Shown: piece by piece, positions 62,084 through 64,000 of the stretch | How the letters are laid out: the number at the start of each line of letters is the position of its first letter | Numbering within the stretch: position 1 is the stretch's first letter | NCBI GenBank assembly: GCA_038087875.1 | Contig: CM075996.1 | Coordinates: 3,598,001 to 3,662,000, forward strand | From: Malacoraja senta | Lineage: Eukaryota | Reading direction: 5' to 3' | Length of the DNA: 64,000 nucleotides | Notes under the pieces: generated by a model | Seen by the model: the letters and a program-made list of their open reading frames with translations, nothing else | Told to the model about the DNA's origin: nothing | Database searches by the model: none | Translations under genes and position numbers: made by a program

Positions 62084-62457
62084 AGGGCCTGTCCCACTTT
62101 CCCGAGTTATTCACGAATTCACCCGAGTTTTCCCCTTGATTTAAACTCGCAGAATGTTCGTAACGAGTCCGTAGGAGTCCGTGGATATATCGTAGCGGCT
62201 CGTTATGCCAGCCGTAGGTACTCGTGGCATCAGGTAAGTCTGGACGTTTTTTTCCAGCCTGATAAAAAATGTCCACAAGTTTAAAAAAATAACCCCGAGT
62301 ACCTACGGCCAGCATAACGAGCCGCTACGATATATCCACGGATTCCTACGGCCTCGTTACGAACATTCTGCGAGTTTGAATCAATTGGGAAAACTTGGGA
62401 GAATTCATGAATAACTCGGGAGAATTCGTGAATAACTTGGGAAAGTGGGACAGGCCT
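62084..62457. mobile_element. PIF/Harbinger-type MITE, almost fully palindromic
   Basis: TIR AGGGCCTGTCCCACTTTCCC / GGGAAAGTGGGACAGGCC; TTA/TAA flanks; about 140-bp inverted arms; inserted in a Rex-type fragment. Confidence 0.8.
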
Positions 62458-63841
62458 TAAAGCACAGCTTCTTACAAGTTGTTAGCAAACTCTTGAAATC
62501 TCCTCTTCTATGCTAGGGAAGAATTCCTGATCTTGCAATATATCCTATTGCAGCTCTTGCACTATTTAGAATCTGCACGTTTTCTGCAGTCTGTTTATTT
62601 TCTCTTTTGCATTGCCTGATGCACTCGTGCATGATGTGATTTGCCTGGATCGCAACAGAAAACAAAGTCCTTTCACATATCTCAATACCTGTGACAATAA
62701 TAAACCAATGCCAATACCAATAGAGCCATCCATTCCAAACAATGATCTATTCTACACTTTCCTTGATCTCTATTCCCTTTGCCTTGTTTTCACACCTTAT
62801 ACTTCCTTATCTATCTATCTCCCTCCCCCCTGATCAGTCTGAAGAAGGGACTCAACCCGAAACATCACCCATTCCTTCTCTCCAGAGATGCTGCCTGTCC
62901 CGCTGGCATTTTGTGTCTATCTGTGTTCACCCTTTCCAAACCTCTCATTCTGCCTCAGGTTTACGCGGTGCTAAGGATCTTCCCTCAGTAGTTGGGTATG
63001 AAGGCCTGGTCTCTTATCCTTTATGTGATTCAATTCCAACAAACGAATGGAGGAGCTTGACTTGCGTGAATCCCACGGTTCTATTTCTGAACGTCTACCA
63101 GTTGCTCTCATGTATGGTGTCCCATGTAGTGCCATGCAGTGCCACCTACAGGTTGTCCATGCCTTTATCTTGCCTGTGGCCAGATTCAATGTTGCACAAA
63201 GAGGATCTCCTTAGACTGGTCCCACAGGAGCCAGAGTCGCCAATGACTTTAAATAAGTCCTGGCTCTCTGTTCCTGGACTTGTGGGAGAACTGGGAAGGG
63301 GGAGGGGAAGGAGGGAGAAAGCACGGGCTACCTAAAACGAGGCTTTGGATGGACATTTAAATAGGCAAGATACGGTTCTGATGTGGGCAAATGGGACGGC
63401 ATGGATGTTCTGGGCTGAAGGGCCTGTTTCTCTTTGACTACTTCCTACGGAACCCACCGTTTAATCTCCTGATCTTTCTCTTATCCTGATCCCAACCTTG
63501 CCCCCTCTAACCCCAATTCCTGACCTTCCAATCCTTGCCCTTTGATGCTGACAATCCTACTCCTTCAACCTACTGTTTCAATCCCCTCTGAACCTGTACT
63601 TCCTGCCACCCAACCCCTCGATCTATCGTTCCAGCCTCCTTGACCTTGTACTTTGACCCACGATCGCGATCCCACCTTCTTGACCAGCATATTGTGGTCT
63701 CCACCGATCACTGTTCCTGCATTTCTGTCCTTGGGGGAGTAGCCCGGCACCACCACTCCCTCCAACTCCGGCTCTGCTTCCACCACATGATGGAATGAAT
63801 TGTCAGGCAACCACACCACCCTACCACAACCTGAACTACTA

Positions 63842-64000
63842 CCTTTGCGATTGCAGCTCCTAGACTGTGGAACAGCATCCCTTGGTTCTTGGTTTCTTGG
63901 TCCTCCAAAATATTCCAAATGGAATTTAAACTGGAGGTGGGCATCCCGCCTCCCATCAGAACTGCCCCCTCCATCGACTCCTTTAAGTCGAGACTAAAAA
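63842..64000 (+). mobile_element. L2 fragment with a 59-bp LINE-tail insertion (63882-63940)
   Basis: L2 FAIAAPRLWNSI...; insert is the reverse complement of the 50950 element tail; TSD GCATCCC. Confidence 0.75.

Overview
Eukaryotic, repeat-dense genomic DNA from a cartilaginous fish, most likely a skate or ray. This is inferred from the HE1/V-SINE, CR1, Rex/Babar, L2 and Penelope repeat content; no database search was run. Only one host coding segment is recognisable: the first coding exon of an NMDA receptor GluN2 subunit (best fit grin2b; exon 38726-39145, ATG 38738, + strand, AG acceptor and phase-0 GT donor). The rest appears to be upstream/intronic sequence filled with nested, mostly truncated transposons: at least three young CR1 subfamilies, about 25 tRNA-derived V-SINEs, Rex1/Babar, L2, L1 and Vingi LINE pieces, hAT-Charlie and PIF/Harbinger-type MITEs, and Penelope GIY-YIG remnants. 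The most unusual system is a set of short Penelope-derived fold-back insertions with 11-15 bp target-site duplications that carry a minimal hammerhead-ribozyme core. There are also a minisatellite, two (GT)n-type tracts, a 200-N assembly gap and several repeat-free islands that may be conserved enhancers. Almost all other ORFs in the track are repeat artefacts. Repeat boundaries were read by eye and are approximate unless a TSD or TIR is quoted.
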